DNA of 64,000 nucleotides from an uncultured Chloroflexota bacterium (GCA_937901745.1 CALGSZ010000057.1:3816-67815), one strand, 5' to 3'. Shown: positions 45,303 to 57,588, numbered from the stretch's first letter. Numbers and translations: made by a program. The notes: generated by a model not told the origin, from the sequence alone.

Positions 45303-46801
45303 TCAGACGTACTTCAGGACGGACGCCAGGGGCAGCCTGAGCCAGTCCGGCCGGTTGTTGAGCTCGTAGTTGATCTCGTAGAGCGCCTTGTCCAGCTCCC
45401 AGGCCATCACGGCCTGGCGGATGTCATCGTCGGACGCTGGCAGATAGGGCGCGCCGCCGCGCCGAGATTCCGAGACGTACGCATTCAAGAACGCGCGCCG
45501 GGCAGCCCGCTCCCAGGCGATGAGCGCCGCACGTTGCGGTTGCCCGGAGGGTGAGGTGGCCACGCGCTCAGCCGCGCCGCGCGCGTAGGAGAACGAGCGC
45601 AGCATGCCCGCCACGTCTTTCAGTGGCGACGTTTTTGCTCGCCGCTCATGGATCGGCCGCCGCGGCTCGCCCTCGAAATCGAGGATGACGAAGTCTCCGT
45701 CCGTCGTCCGCAGGGTTTGGCCCAAGTGGTAATCGCCGTGAACGCGAGTCTTGGCGCGGCCACGGAGCCGCTCATAGCCCGCTGTCTGCGCCCGCAACCG
45801 GGATTGTACTTGCAGGAACGTTTGGATCAGGTCTCGCGTCTCGCCGTCGACGTGCTCCAACTTCGCGGAGAGCGCGGCGGCCGTGGCCTCGATTGCCGAC
45901 TCAGTGGCCTGTGCCCACCGGCGAACATCGTCCGCCGTGATCGTCTCGGGAGCGAGGGCCGGGTCCCAAGGGGCGTTCGAGAGGGCCAGGTGAAGCTGAG
46001 CGGTCAGCTCGCCAAGCCGGCGCGGCGCCTCGACGTCCGCCGACTCGGGCTCCGTCAGGCTCCGCACGACAAAGGACCAGCCGTCGCCGATATTTTCAAC
46101 GAACTCCTGCGCCACCGCGAGGGAATACGGCTCACCTCCATTCGGGACATAGGTGCAGGTGCCCAGGAGGGCGGGGGTGTGGCGAAAGCCGCCGCGCGTC
46201 GTCAGGAATCGGCCAAGTTCCGCTTCCGGGTTGAGGCCGGGCTGGACGCGCCGGAAGACTTTCAGGATGACAGCCGTCCCGTACACGATTGACGTATTGC
46301 TTTGCTCGGCGGCGGAGACGCGCGTCTCCGCCCCACGTGCCCGGTCCACCGCATCAAGCGATGAGCCTGCTGACGCGGCGATCGGCTCCCAGACGAACTT
46401 GCCGCTTGTCCCGGTGAATGAAGCTCCCGCGTCGAGCTGGTCCAGCAGCCAGCGATGCACCGAGCGGTCGGTGAGAGCGTCGCTCACGGTCCAGCGCTCG
46501 CCGCCGGCTTCGATCTCCGCGAGCGGCTCGGTTGCGGCCGCTTTGGAGATGAGGAGCGGCGCGAAGTAGTCGGCCGGCTCGCCGGCGTCGAAGGCGACGG
46601 AGAGGAGCGCGAGCGCCAGGTATCCCTCAGCAACCGGGACAATGCTCACGTCGCGCAGGGTGACGCCCGTGATGGTCCGCGACTTGTCGCCGAACCACCG
46701 GCGGGATGGCAAGAACGCCGGCAGGGCCTCCTCCACGAGGCGAGGTAATGCGGCCTGGAGTCGTTCCCGGTCGAGTTGTTCGGAGAGCGTGAGACGGACG
46801 G

Positions 46802-46805
<4 letters not shown>
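45303..46805 (-). CDS. mak: Maltokinase (maltose 1-phosphate forming; Pep2/Mak)
   Basis: Aminoglycoside-phosphotransferase-like [31 protein letters not shown] overlap with treS. Confidence 0.8.
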
Positions 46806-48463
<1,658 letters not shown>

Positions 48464-48710
48464 AAAGTCAGAACCCCGCTACGTCTCCCGTACGAGATCC
48501 AGGCCGGTTTGCGACTCGGCCCAGATACGGCAAAGGCGGACCCAGACGTCCGCCATCCGATCGCTACGCGGCAGAGCGCCGCGGTGCTATGCGGCCGTGA
48601 ATTATGACGCGGCGTTGTGGGTTCTGCACGGGCGTCGCGCGTGTCAATGCATCCCGCTTCATCATCGGTGATGAGGGGTCAGCATCGGGGCATAGCGGGC
48701 ATCTGCGGCA

Positions 48711-49826
48711 TCATCCGGCGGCGCCCTGAAGAATCGCTTTCATGACCCGGCCGGCGGCGACGTCCGACAGCGCCTGGTTCACCTCCGCCAGGGGATAGGG
48801 CGTGATGAGGCGCGCGAGATCGAAGCGGGCCGCAAGCTGCGGAAGGGACTGGAGATAGCCGAGGTAATGCGCCTCGGCGAAGGCCCACGAGCCGTAGACC
48901 TGGAGCTGCTTGCGAGTGATGACGTGCGGGTTGATCGGCGTGGTGCCGCGGTCGGTGTACTGACCCAAGACGAGGTAGCGGCCGTTGCGCCGGGCATACT
49001 CGAACCCCTCCGGGACGGCCTCCGGCACGCCGGTGCACTCGAGCACCGCATCGGCGCCGCGTCCGGCGGGCGTCTGGGACAGGACCCACGCGATGCGTTC
49101 CTTCGGATCGGTCACGGTGAAGATGTCGAGATAGACATCTCCGACGCCGAGCTCGCGCGCGAGGTCGAGCCGGCCAGCGGGGCCGCCGACGAGGATGACC
49201 TTCGCCGCGCCCGCGAGATGCGCGTACATCGCGGCCGCCATCCCGACCGGACCGCTCCCCTGTACGACGATCGTCTCGCCCGGATTGACGCGAACGATGT
49301 CGAGCACACCGTGGACGGCGGTTGGTCCGGCGCAGCCGAGCGAGATGGCCTGCTCGGGCGTGACTCCGTCCGGGAGCCGGAAGACAGCGGATCCTGGCTG
49401 GAGATAGACATAATCTCCCCATCCGCCGGAGAGCCGTGGCCACTCGTCGAACCGCTGATTGATGCCATAGATCTTCCGATCCGCACAGAGCGTCCGCTCC
49501 CGCTCGATCACGCACCAGTAGCACCGTCCGCAGGGGATCGAGGAGGCCCAGGCGATGAGATCGCCTTCGCGCAGGGGCTGGCCGGTGAAATCGGCCGTCA
49601 CCCGCTCGCCCAGCTTCCAAACGCGGCCGACAGCCTCGTGCCCGAGGACGACCGGCGTCGGGATCGGCAGGTTGCCGTGCGAGAGGTGGACATCGGTGCC
49701 GCAGATTCCGCCGTAGATGACCTGCGCGACGATCGCGTCCGGCTCCGGATCGGGAACCTCAGCTTCCTCGATCGTCAACGGCTCATTGAACGCTCGCAAA
49801 ACGGCCGCGCGGCTTATCGTCGCCAT
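48711..49826 (-). CDS. Zinc-dependent medium-chain alcohol dehydrogenase family protein
   Basis: GICGTDVH, GHEAVG, structural-zinc Cys cluster CGRCYWC...C, GSGPVG. Confidence 0.85.
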   Translation of the reverse strand: MATISRAAVLRAFNEPLTIEEAEVPDPEPDAIVAQVIYGGICGTDVHLSHGNLPIPTPVVLGHEAVGRVWKLGERVTADFTGQPLREGDLIAWASSIPCGRCYWCVIERERTLCADRKIYGINQRFDEWPRLSGGWGDYVYLQPGSAVFRLPDGVTPEQAISLGCAGPTAVHGVLDIVRVNPGETIVVQGSGPVGMAAAMYAHLAGAAKVILVGGPAGRLDLARELGVGDVYLDIFTVTDPKERIAWVLSQTPAGRGADAVLECTGVPEAVPEGFEYARRNGRYLVLGQYTDRGTTPINPHVITRKQLQVYGSWAFAEAHYLGYLQSLPQLAARFDLARLITPYPLAEVNQALSDVAAGRVMKAILQGAAG

Positions 49827-50010
49827 TGCTTTCTTGTAACCTCCGTTCGATCGGCTCCGTGCTCTCTGGGACCGGCATTATCGCCGCCTGGCCGTGGCGC
49901 GGCATCTCCCCGGTGTCCGCTCCTTGTCTCTGGTCAGGCGAGGCACGCGCTACGGTCTCCAGATGGTCGCATCGTGACTCCTCGTTTTCGGCTCGGTCCC
50001 GTCATCGCCG

Positions 50011-52041
50011 TTAGCACGTCTCGACGTAGTCAACGTGCTGCCACCGGGTGAGGTGGAAGATGTGCGCGGGCTCGACATGGGGATCGAGCCGGACGTACTG
50101 AGATCCGCCGGTCCACATGTACGTCGCTCCGTTGATCAGGTCGGTCGCGCGGTATTGCTCCCCCTCGGGAATCCCAAGCTCGTGGAGCGGGAAGTGGATC
50201 ATCGTCTCGTGCGGCTGGAACGGGTCGAGATTGACGACGACGAGGATGACATCGGACTTGTCTGGCGTCGTCTTGGCGTAGCACAGGATGTTGTCGTCGT
50301 CCGCCCAGTAGAAGCGGAGGTTGTCGTACTCGTGGAGGGCGGGGTGCTCGCGGCGGATGCTATTGATCTTGGCGACGAAATCCTTGATGTTCCCCGGCCG
50401 GTCCCAATCCCAGACCTTGTACTCGTACTTCTCGGAGTTGAGGTACTCCTCCTTGCCGGGGACGGCAGTGTTCTCGCAAAGCTCGTAGCCGCTGTACATC
50501 CCGTAGACGGAGGAGAGCGTCGCGGCGAGGACGAGGCGCATCTTGAACGCGGGGCGTCCGCCTACCTGGAGGATGTACGGCAGGATGTCCGGCGTGTTCA
50601 CGAAGAGGTTGCCGCGCAAATACTCCTTGACTTCGGTCTGCGTCAACTCCGTGAAGTACTCGATGATTTCGTGCTTGAAGTTCCGCCAGGTGAAGTAGGT
50701 GTAGGACTGGGTGAAGCCAGCCTTGGCGAGTGCCTTCATCACCTTCGGGCGGGTGAACGCCTCGGAGAGGAAGATGGTATCCGGGTGTTCGCGCTGAACC
50801 TCGCGAATGAGCCACTCCCAGAAGATCGTCGGTTTGGTATGTGGGTTATCAACCCGGAAAATCTTGACGCCCTGCTCGATCCAGAACAGGATGATGCGCC
50901 GCATCTCGAGCCAAAGGTTCCGCCAATCCGGCGTGTTGAAGTTGATTGGGTAGATGTCCTCGTACTTCTTGGGCGGGTTCTCCGCGTACTTGATCGTCCC
51001 GTCTGGCCGGATGTGGAACCACTCCGGGTGCTCCTTGACCCACGGATGGTCCGGCGAGGCTTGGATCGCGAAGTCGAGGGCGATCTCGAGTCCATGGGCG
51101 CGGGCAGCCGCGACGAGCCGGCGAAAATCCTCCAGCGTGCCGAGGCTCGGCTCGATCGCATCGTGTCCGCCGAGCTCGTTGCCAATCGCGTAGGGGACGC
51201 CTGGATCGTCCGGTCCGGCGTTGAGCGTGTTGTTGCGCCCCTTACGGTTCGTACGCCCAATCGGATGGATCGGCGGGAAGTAGAGGACATCGAAGCCCAT
51301 TGCCGCGATATCGGGCAGGCGCTCGATCACGTCATCGAAGGTGCCGCTGCGGCCCGGGACCTTGCCGGCGGAGCGGGGAAAGAGCTCGTACCAAGCGCCG
51401 TAACGCGCCCGCACGCGGTCGACGACGACCTCTAGCTCCTTGCCGTAGACGGCGCCGCCGGCGCGTGAGCGGTACCGCCGCATCAGCGCCTCCAGCCGGT
51501 CGGAGAGCATGATCGCAACCGACTCTGCCTGGTTGGACGCAGCGTCCGCCTCGGAGAGGATCGAGGCCAGCACTTCGGCATCGGCGCCGGCTCGAGTCAT
51601 CGCCTCTTCGACCAAGAGCCGCCCCTCAACGAGCTCCGTGCGCACGTCGAGGCCCGCGTCGTGCTTCTTCTTCAGCTCATCGCGCCACGTTGCGAAGTAA
51701 TCCGGGAAGGCCTCGATGGTGTAGCGATACCGAGTGTTCTCCGTGAGCGGGAAGGAGCCGCGCCACCGGTCGTTGTCGTAGTGCTCCATCTCGACTTCGG
51801 ACCACTGCTCCTCGTCCCACCGCCGGTAGCGCACTACTGCCGCGATCTTGTCGTGCCCATCCTTGAAGATGTCCGCCCAGACCTCGAGTACGTCGCCGAC
51901 TTCTCGCTTGACGGGATAGCGGCCGCAGTCCAGCTCCGGCCAGACGTTTTCGATAATGACGCTGCTCGGTGGAGCGTCGGTGGCGGGGAGCGTCACGGTC
52001 GCCTCGCGGGCACCGACTAGGTCGGTGGGTGCAGTCATCAC
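50011..52041 (-). CDS. glgE: Alpha-1,4-glucan:maltose-1-phosphate maltosyltransferase
   Basis: N-terminal VIIENVWPELDCGRYPVKR and catalytic FRVDNPHTKP are typical of GlgE; 676 aa. Confidence 0.9.
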   Translation of the reverse strand: MMTAPTDLVGAREATVTLPATDAPPSSVIIENVWPELDCGRYPVKREVGDVLEVWADIFKDGHDKIAAVVRYRRWDEEQWSEVEMEHYDNDRWRGSFPLTENTRYRYTIEAFPDYFATWRDELKKKHDAGLDVRTELVEGRLLVEEAMTRAGADAEVLASILSEADAASNQAESVAIMLSDRLEALMRRYRSRAGGAVYGKELEVVVDRVRARYGAWYELFPRSAGKVPGRSGTFDDVIERLPDIAAMGFDVLYFPPIHPIGRTNRKGRNNTLNAGPDDPGVPYAIGNELGGHDAIEPSLGTLEDFRRLVAAARAHGLEIALDFAIQASPDHPWVKEHPEWFHIRPDGTIKYAENPPKKYEDIYPINFNTPDWRNLWLEMRRIILFWIEQGVKIFRVDNPHTKPTIFWEWLIREVQREHPDTIFLSEAFTRPKVMKALAKAGFTQSYTYFTWRNFKHEIIEYFTELTQTEVKEYLRGNLFVNTPDILPYILQVGGRPAFKMRLVLAATLSSVYGMYSGYELCENTAVPGKEEYLNSEKYEYKVWDWDRPGNIKDFVAKINSIRREHPALHEYDNLRFYWADDDNILCYAKTTPDKSDVILVVVNLDPFQPHETMIHFPLHELGIPEGEQYRATDLINGATYMWTGGSQYVRLDPHVEPAHIFHLTRWQHVDYVETC

Positions 52042-52192
52042 TGGCCTCCACGGTTGCGCCGGCGGCGATGAAACGGTGCGCGACCCCTTGTCGCGAGGGG
52101 GTCACTCGACCGAGGATAGCGATGGGCGAAAGGGGCGACAAGCCGCGACCCACGCCCAGGTTGCACGATACACCAGCGAGTTAGGCTGCCTA

Positions 52193-52786
52193 ATGAGCGC
52201 TTCACCCTTGACTCCCGACCCAGCAAGTGGCCGACGAGCACCGCGTTGGGTCTGGCCCGTCGTCATCATCGGCATCCTGGCCGTCATCGCGGTCGCCGCC
52301 ACCTGGGATCAGGAGTGGCTGGGCGGCGAGCCTGACGCCGGCACGCCACCACCGGCCGCCGCTGATTTCACGGAGGAGGAGCGCACGTTCTATGCCTATG
52401 TCGGGCCCCGCTTGCGCGATTTGGCAGCCGAGGCGCAAGCGGCCGAAGAGTTGGGCCGGAACAAGAGCCGCAATCTCCTCGCGTTCCAGCGGCACGGGCG
52501 GCGGATCGACGATCTCGGCGACGAGATTGACGACTATCTGGAAGAGCATCCCACGCCGGCACGGTTTGCCTCTGCCATGGCTCTCTACGAGCGTGGCATC
52601 GCGGCGACGCGACACGCGATGGACCACGCGCAATCGGGCTTCTTGACCCTCAACTGGGACCGGGTGGCGACGGCGATCCCGATCATGGGCAATGGCGCTC
52701 GGGACCTTGCCGACGCGCTCGCCATGCTCGAGAGCGAGGCGGGAGAACCGGAGCTGGCCACGCCGACCGGAACGCCCTCGTCGTAA
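52193..52786 (+). CDS. Hypothetical membrane-anchored helical protein
   Basis: One TM (WVWPVVIIGILAVIAVAATW), then a helical domain. Lies between glgE (divergent) and glgX. No motif recognised. Confidence 0.45.
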   Translation: MSASPLTPDPASGRRAPRWVWPVVIIGILAVIAVAATWDQEWLGGEPDAGTPPPAAADFTEEERTFYAYVGPRLRDLAAEAQAAEELGRNKSRNLLAFQRHGRRIDDLGDEIDDYLEEHPTPARFASAMALYERGIAATRHAMDHAQSGFLTLNWDRVATAIPIMGNGARDLADALAMLESEAGEPELATPTGTPSS

Positions 52787-52878
52787 TCTTCCTCGCGCAT
52801 CGCGGTTTGACCTCGAAGTTCGCAACCGGCATCATCGGGCGGGGGTAGGCACGAACGATCGCGCGAGGGAGGGAGGGC

Positions 52879-55077
52879 TTGGAGAGCGGAAGCCAGCTCG
52901 GTGTGACGGAGCGACGAGTCGTTCGCCCCGGCAAACCGTACCCTCTCGGCGCGCATTGGGACGGGAGCGGCACGAACTTCGCGCTGCTGTCCGCCCACGC
53001 CACGGCGGTAACCCTCTGCCTCTTCGATACCGCATCCGGCCGCGAGGAGCGAATTCCCCTTCCGAGTCGCACGGGTCATGTCTGGCACGGCTACGTCCCG
53101 GGCGTTGGTCCTGGGCAGCGCTACGGCTTTCGCGTTGACGGGCCGTATGACCCCAATGCCGGGCACCGGTTCAACCCGCACAAGCTCGTCCTCGACCCAT
53201 ACGCGCGGGCGGTTGACGGCACCGTCGATTGGCAAGGTCCGGTGTGGGGTTACCGCCGCGATTGGGAGCTGAACGACCTCGAGATGGACGAGGCCGACGA
53301 TGCCGCGTTCGTTCCCAAAGGTGTCGTGATCGACCCCAGGTTCGAGTGGGAAGACGACCAGCGCCCGGAAATCCCCTGGAGCCGGACGATCATCTATGAA
53401 GCCCATGTCAAAGGCATGACCGCGCGGCATCCTGAGGTGCCGCCCGAGCTGCGTGGCACCTACGCTGGTCTCGCGCACCCGGCCATCATCGAGCATTTGC
53501 GGCAGCTCGGCGTCACCACGATCGAGCTCATGCCCGTCCACGCGTTCGTAGATGACGACTTCCTCGTCGAGCGCGGTCTTCGCAACTACTGGGGATACAG
53601 TCCGCTCGCGTACTTCGCGCCGGAAGGACGATATGCGAGCCGGGGCACCGGCGGCGAGCAGGTCGCCGAGTTCAAGGCAATGGTCAAGGCGCTGCACGCG
53701 GCCGGCTTCGAGGTGCTGCTGGATGTGGTTTACAACCACACTTGCGAGGGGAATCACCTGGGGCCGACGCTGTCGTTTCGCGGAATCGATAATCGCACTT
53801 ACTACCGGCTGTTCCCGGAGCACGCGCGGTTCTACCAGGACCTCACTGGCACCGGAAACACCATCGCCGCGTATCTGCCGCCCGTCTTGCGGCTGATCGC
53901 CGATTCGCTCCGGTATTGGGTCGAGGAGATGCACGTTGACGGCTTCCGCTTCGACCTGGCGCCGGTGCTGGGCCGCGACCCCAACGACTTCGATCCGTAT
54001 GCCGCCTTTTTCGACATCGTCTACCAGGATCCGGTCCTCGCCAGGGTGAAGTTGATCGCCGAGCCCTGGGACCTCGGCCATAGCGGGTACCAGGTCGGCA
54101 ACTTCCCGGTGGGCTGGGCGGAGTGGAACGACCGGTTTCGGGACGCGGCGCGTGCCTTCTGGCTCGGGCATCGCCGCGATGTTGGCGAGCTTGCGCTACG
54201 GCTGTCCGGCTCTCCTGATCTCTTCGGCCGTGGGTGGCGCGGACCGCAGGCAAGCATCAACCATGTCACCGCGCACGACGGGTTCACGCTCGAAGATCTT
54301 GTCTCGTACAACTGCAAGCACAACGAGGCGAATGGCGAAGAGAACCGCGACGGCTCGGACCACAACCTCTCGTTCAATCATGGCGTGGAGGGGCCAACCG
54401 ACGACCCGGCGATTCTCGCGATCCGCGACCGGCAGAAGCGGAATCTTCTCGCCACGCTCCTGCTCAGTCGCGGCGTGCCGATGATTTGCCACGGGGACGA
54501 GATCGGCCGCACGCAGCGGGGGAACAATAACGCCTATTGCCAGGACAATGAGATAAGCTGGCTCGACTGGGATCTCGATGAGCGGGCGACGTCGCTCTTG
54601 GAGTTCACGCGCCGGCTGATTGCCGTCCGGACTCGATACCCGGCGCTCAGCCTGGGAGTCGCCGATGGGAATCCGGCGCACGGCCATGGCGAGAGCGGCA
54701 TGCGCTGGTTCCGGCCCGATGGCCATGAGATGACGTCGGACGACTGGGCTCACCCGACGCGTTTGGCAATCATGATGAGCGTTTTCGCAACGTCCGAGGC
54801 GCTGGATGAGCGGGACGGTCCAACGCCAGGAGAGGTGCTCTTACTCCTGATCAACGGAGAGGCGCACCACCAAGACTTCCACCTGCCCGCGCATGATGCG
54901 CGGGAAGACAGGTGGGAAGTTCTCTTGGAGACGTCCAGTTTGGGTGGCGTGGAGCCGCCGGCGCGAGTCGCCGCGGGGGGGATGGTGACGCTCGCGGACC
55001 GGTCGCTCGCCCTCTATCGAGCAGCTGCCGGTCCGCGAGCGGAGCAGTCGAATTCGGAATCCGAGAGAGGAAACTAG
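52879..55077 (+). CDS. glgX: Glycogen debranching enzyme GlgX (GH13)
   Basis: TTG start after GGGAGGGAGGG. PYPLGAHWDGSGTNFAL, YNHTCEG, GFRFDLA, EPWD. Confidence 0.9.
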   Translation: MESGSQLGVTERRVVRPGKPYPLGAHWDGSGTNFALLSAHATAVTLCLFDTASGREERIPLPSRTGHVWHGYVPGVGPGQRYGFRVDGPYDPNAGHRFNPHKLVLDPYARAVDGTVDWQGPVWGYRRDWELNDLEMDEADDAAFVPKGVVIDPRFEWEDDQRPEIPWSRTIIYEAHVKGMTARHPEVPPELRGTYAGLAHPAIIEHLRQLGVTTIELMPVHAFVDDDFLVERGLRNYWGYSPLAYFAPEGRYASRGTGGEQVAEFKAMVKALHAAGFEVLLDVVYNHTCEGNHLGPTLSFRGIDNRTYYRLFPEHARFYQDLTGTGNTIAAYLPPVLRLIADSLRYWVEEMHVDGFRFDLAPVLGRDPNDFDPYAAFFDIVYQDPVLARVKLIAEPWDLGHSGYQVGNFPVGWAEWNDRFRDAARAFWLGHRRDVGELALRLSGSPDLFGRGWRGPQASINHVTAHDGFTLEDLVSYNCKHNEANGEENRDGSDHNLSFNHGVEGPTDDPAILAIRDRQKRNLLATLLLSRGVPMICHGDEIGRTQRGNNNAYCQDNEISWLDWDLDERATSLLEFTRRLIAVRTRYPALSLGVADGNPAHGHGESGMRWFRPDGHEMTSDDWAHPTRLAIMMSVFATSEALDERDGPTPGEVLLLLINGEAHHQDFHLPAHDAREDRWEVLLETSSLGGVEPPARVAAGGMVTLADRSLALYRAAAGPRAEQSNSESERGN

Positions 55078-55676
55078 TTCAGAGAGGTCGCCCGCTCATC
55101 GGAGCCGTTCGGGCTGTCACACCCGAGCGGGATCAGGGAGAGAAGCTGGCGGAGCCGCTCGGCTTGCAGCGGGCTCATGTCGCCCAGCAGCGCGGCGAGG
55201 CGGCGACGGTAGGCCTCTCCGAGCTCGTTGAGGAGGCGTGTTCCGACAGGAGTCAGCCGGGCCAGCACCATCCGCCGGTCGTCGGGGTGAGCCTGGCGCT
55301 CGACCCAACCCTGGCGGGTCAGGATGTCGACGTACAGCGTGGCGGTGCGCCGGGCGACCGCGAGGCGCCGGGCGAGCTCGGACGGCGCCAGGCCGCGCGG
55401 ACCTGCTGCCTCCAGCTCCAGCAGGGCGAAGAACGCGCCGGCAGTCAGATCGAGATCGGCCAAGGCATCAACCGCGGCGCGATCGAGCGCGCAAGAAGTT
55501 CGCATCAGTTCGCGGAACGCGGAGAAGCGAGCCGATTCATCGGCCTCTTGGTCGATCTCCAGCGTTCGCTTCGGTGGAGCGAGCCATCCTGGATGGACGG
55601 CACGAGCGGTTCGCTCGAGACGCGCCGGCGAAGTTCGCTCCGGGGCTGGTGCCATCGTGTTCATGCAACGCTCCAC
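55074..55676 (-). CDS. MarR-family transcriptional regulator
   Basis: wHTH APSELARRLAVARRTATLYVDILTRQGWVERQAHPDDRRMVLARLT. Confidence 0.8.
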   Translation of the reverse strand: MERCMNTMAPAPERTSPARLERTARAVHPGWLAPPKRTLEIDQEADESARFSAFRELMRTSCALDRAAVDALADLDLTAGAFFALLELEAAGPRGLAPSELARRLAVARRTATLYVDILTRQGWVERQAHPDDRRMVLARLTPVGTRLLNELGEAYRRRLAALLGDMSPLQAERLRQLLSLIPLGCDSPNGSDERATSLN

Positions 55677-55799
55677 TCTTGCATAGGTTCAGACCACGTC
55701 ACCATCCAAGTCTCCCGGCCACGCATGCGTCTGAGGTCATGAGACCGGGAAGCAGTTCAGCATCACGGCCGAAATAGGCTGCCAGCAACCTATACGACC

Positions 55800-55821
55800 A
55801 GGTAGGATAGTATCGCTACCT
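55800..55821. promoter_or_regulatory. Inverted repeat AGGTAG-N10-CTACCT (candidate MarR operator) containing the -10-like TAGTAT
   Basis: Read directly. Lies in the relatively AT-rich 343-nt gap between marR and the translin-like gene. Confidence 0.3.
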
Positions 55822-56019
55822 TCGCAATCGGAAAGACAGGAGTGTTATTAGATTTTCAGGCGAATGTGTCGGGAATCACAACCCGTCTTTGTCGGGAAAA
55901 TCCTGACTGCCTGGAAACCGAATCTCGACGTTACCCCCTGCCGACAGCAGAAAATTGGCGTCGGAGCATAGATTTCTCCGTGACGTCGCGTGGTCGCGAA
56001 AGATGGGATGTGCCAGGAG

Positions 56020-56691
56020 ATGTCCGATAGTCAGACCGATCTGCAAGCAATTGCCAGCGGAATCATTCAGCGACTGGACATTCTGAACGCCGCTCGCGAC
56101 CGCGCGCTCAACGAGGGACGGCAGATCGTCCGGCTGTCGGCGAACACGGTACGGGCGATTCACCGGGGAGAGCTCGATCAGGCCTCCGCGCTGCTCGCGG
56201 AGGCGCGATCGCTGCTGGCCGCGTTGGTCGAGCATCTCCAACCCTATCCGGTGCTCCACTGGGCTGGCTATGTCCAGGACGCGATGAAGGAGTACGCCGA
56301 GGCGAGCACGATGCTCGCGATCGTTCAGGGGAGTCCGATTCCGCCGCCGGAGGAGCTTGGCGTCGAGGACGCTCCCTACCTGAACGCCTTGGCGGAGGCG
56401 GCGAGCGAGCTGCGCCGGCAGATTCTCGACCTCTTGCGCGCCGGCGATGTCGCCCGCGCCGAGCACTTCCTCGCGGTGATGGACGAAATTTACGATGTCC
56501 TCATCGCTGTTGACTTCCCGGAAGCGATCACAGGCGGCCTCCGGCGCACGACAGATCAGCTGCGCGGGGTGCTGGAGCGAACGCGCGGCGACGTGACGAT
56601 GACGCTCACGCAGCAGCGACTGCAACGACAGCTGGCGGAGACGCGAGCAGCGATCGGCGATGACGAAGACGATGATGAGGACGACGACTGA
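56020..56691 (+). CDS. Translin-family protein (bacterial translin/TRAX-like) with poly-Asp/Glu tail
   Basis: VEDAPYLNALAEAASELRR...AGD...LRRTTDQLRGVLERTRGD aligns by eye with the translin block DVEDYLSGVLILASELSRL...AGD...LRKRYDGLKY. Start uncertain (GTG 55990, ATG 56008 or ATG 56020). Confidence 0.7.
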   Translation: MSDSQTDLQAIASGIIQRLDILNAARDRALNEGRQIVRLSANTVRAIHRGELDQASALLAEARSLLAALVEHLQPYPVLHWAGYVQDAMKEYAEASTMLAIVQGSPIPPPEELGVEDAPYLNALAEAASELRRQILDLLRAGDVARAEHFLAVMDEIYDVLIAVDFPEAITGGLRRTTDQLRGVLERTRGDVTMTLTQQRLQRQLAETRAAIGDDEDDDEDDD

Positions 56692-56712
56692 CGCCGCACT
56701 TCGCCTGACTGA

Positions 56713-57582
56713 TCAGGAGGGCGGCGTGCCAGTTGGCGTTCCGATCGGCTGCAGCAGATCCGGCGCGGGTACGATCTCGATTTCGTAGAGCTTCGGCCAC
56801 AACTTTCCGGTGACGAAGATCCGGTTAGTGGCTGGGTCGTAGGCGATCCCGTTCAGCACGTCCACGCGGTGGTCCCCACGATCTTCCGGCGTCAACAGGC
56901 CGGAGAGGTCGATCCAACCGCGAACCTCGCCTGTCTCCGGATCGATCCGAACGATTCGATCGGTCCGCCAGACGTTGGCCCAGATCTCACCGCCAATGTA
57001 TTCCAGCTCGTTGAGGAGCATGACTGGCTTTCCTGCATCCTCGACCGTGATCTGGCGCACGGCGCGGAACGTCTCAGGATCGCGGAAGGTGAGCGTGCTG
57101 CTGCCGTCGCTCATGATCAGCTGCTCGCCGTCCGTCGTCAGTCCCCAGCCCTCGCCCTCGTACTCGAATGTGGTCAGGAGCTCGAACGTCTCGCGGTCGT
57201 AGACGAAGCAGGTCCGGCTCTTCCAGGTGAGCTGATAAATGCGACTGCCGAGAAGGGCGATCCCTTCGCCGAAATGCCGGGTGTCGAGCGCGACGGAGCG
57301 CAGAACCTCGCCGGTCTCGAGCTCGACGAGTCGCAAGGTTGATTTGCCCTCGCGGCCGGTCCCCTCGAGGAGCAGGCCGTCGTCGTAGACGAGCCCCTGA
57401 GTGAATGCGTCCGGGTCATGGGGGTATGACTGGACCACGTGATAGCCGGCAACAGGCGCGGCCTCTTCCGCGATCGCACTGAACTCGATGTAGCTGAGCG
57501 GACCGAGCGAGATTATAGCGAGCAGGAGCGCGGCGAACCTGAGCCGCGTTGCGCGCGAGCTGGTTCTGGACATAAGCACCAT
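56713..57582 (-). CDS. Glutamine cyclotransferase (beta-propeller, plant/bacterial type)
   Basis: N-terminal anchor/signal. FTQGL, GEGIAL, YQLTWK, EGWGLT and LNELE motifs. Confidence 0.8.
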   Translation of the reverse strand: MVLMSRTSSRATRLRFAALLLAIISLGPLSYIEFSAIAEEAAPVAGYHVVQSYPHDPDAFTQGLVYDDGLLLEGTGREGKSTLRLVELETGEVLRSVALDTRHFGEGIALLGSRIYQLTWKSRTCFVYDRETFELLTTFEYEGEGWGLTTDGEQLIMSDGSSTLTFRDPETFRAVRQITVEDAGKPVMLLNELEYIGGEIWANVWRTDRIVRIDPETGEVRGWIDLSGLLTPEDRGDHRVDVLNGIAYDPATNRIFVTGKLWPKLYEIEIVPAPDLLQPIGTPTGTPPS

Positions 57583-57588
57583 CCGAGT

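Noticed and set aside
48711-49826. Zn-alcohol dehydrogenase as a functional member of the GlgE pathway
   Set aside because: No known role for an MDR dehydrogenase in alpha-glucan synthesis. A 247-nt gap separates it from treS and a 184-nt gap from glgE, so it is more likely an unrelated insertion in the cluster.
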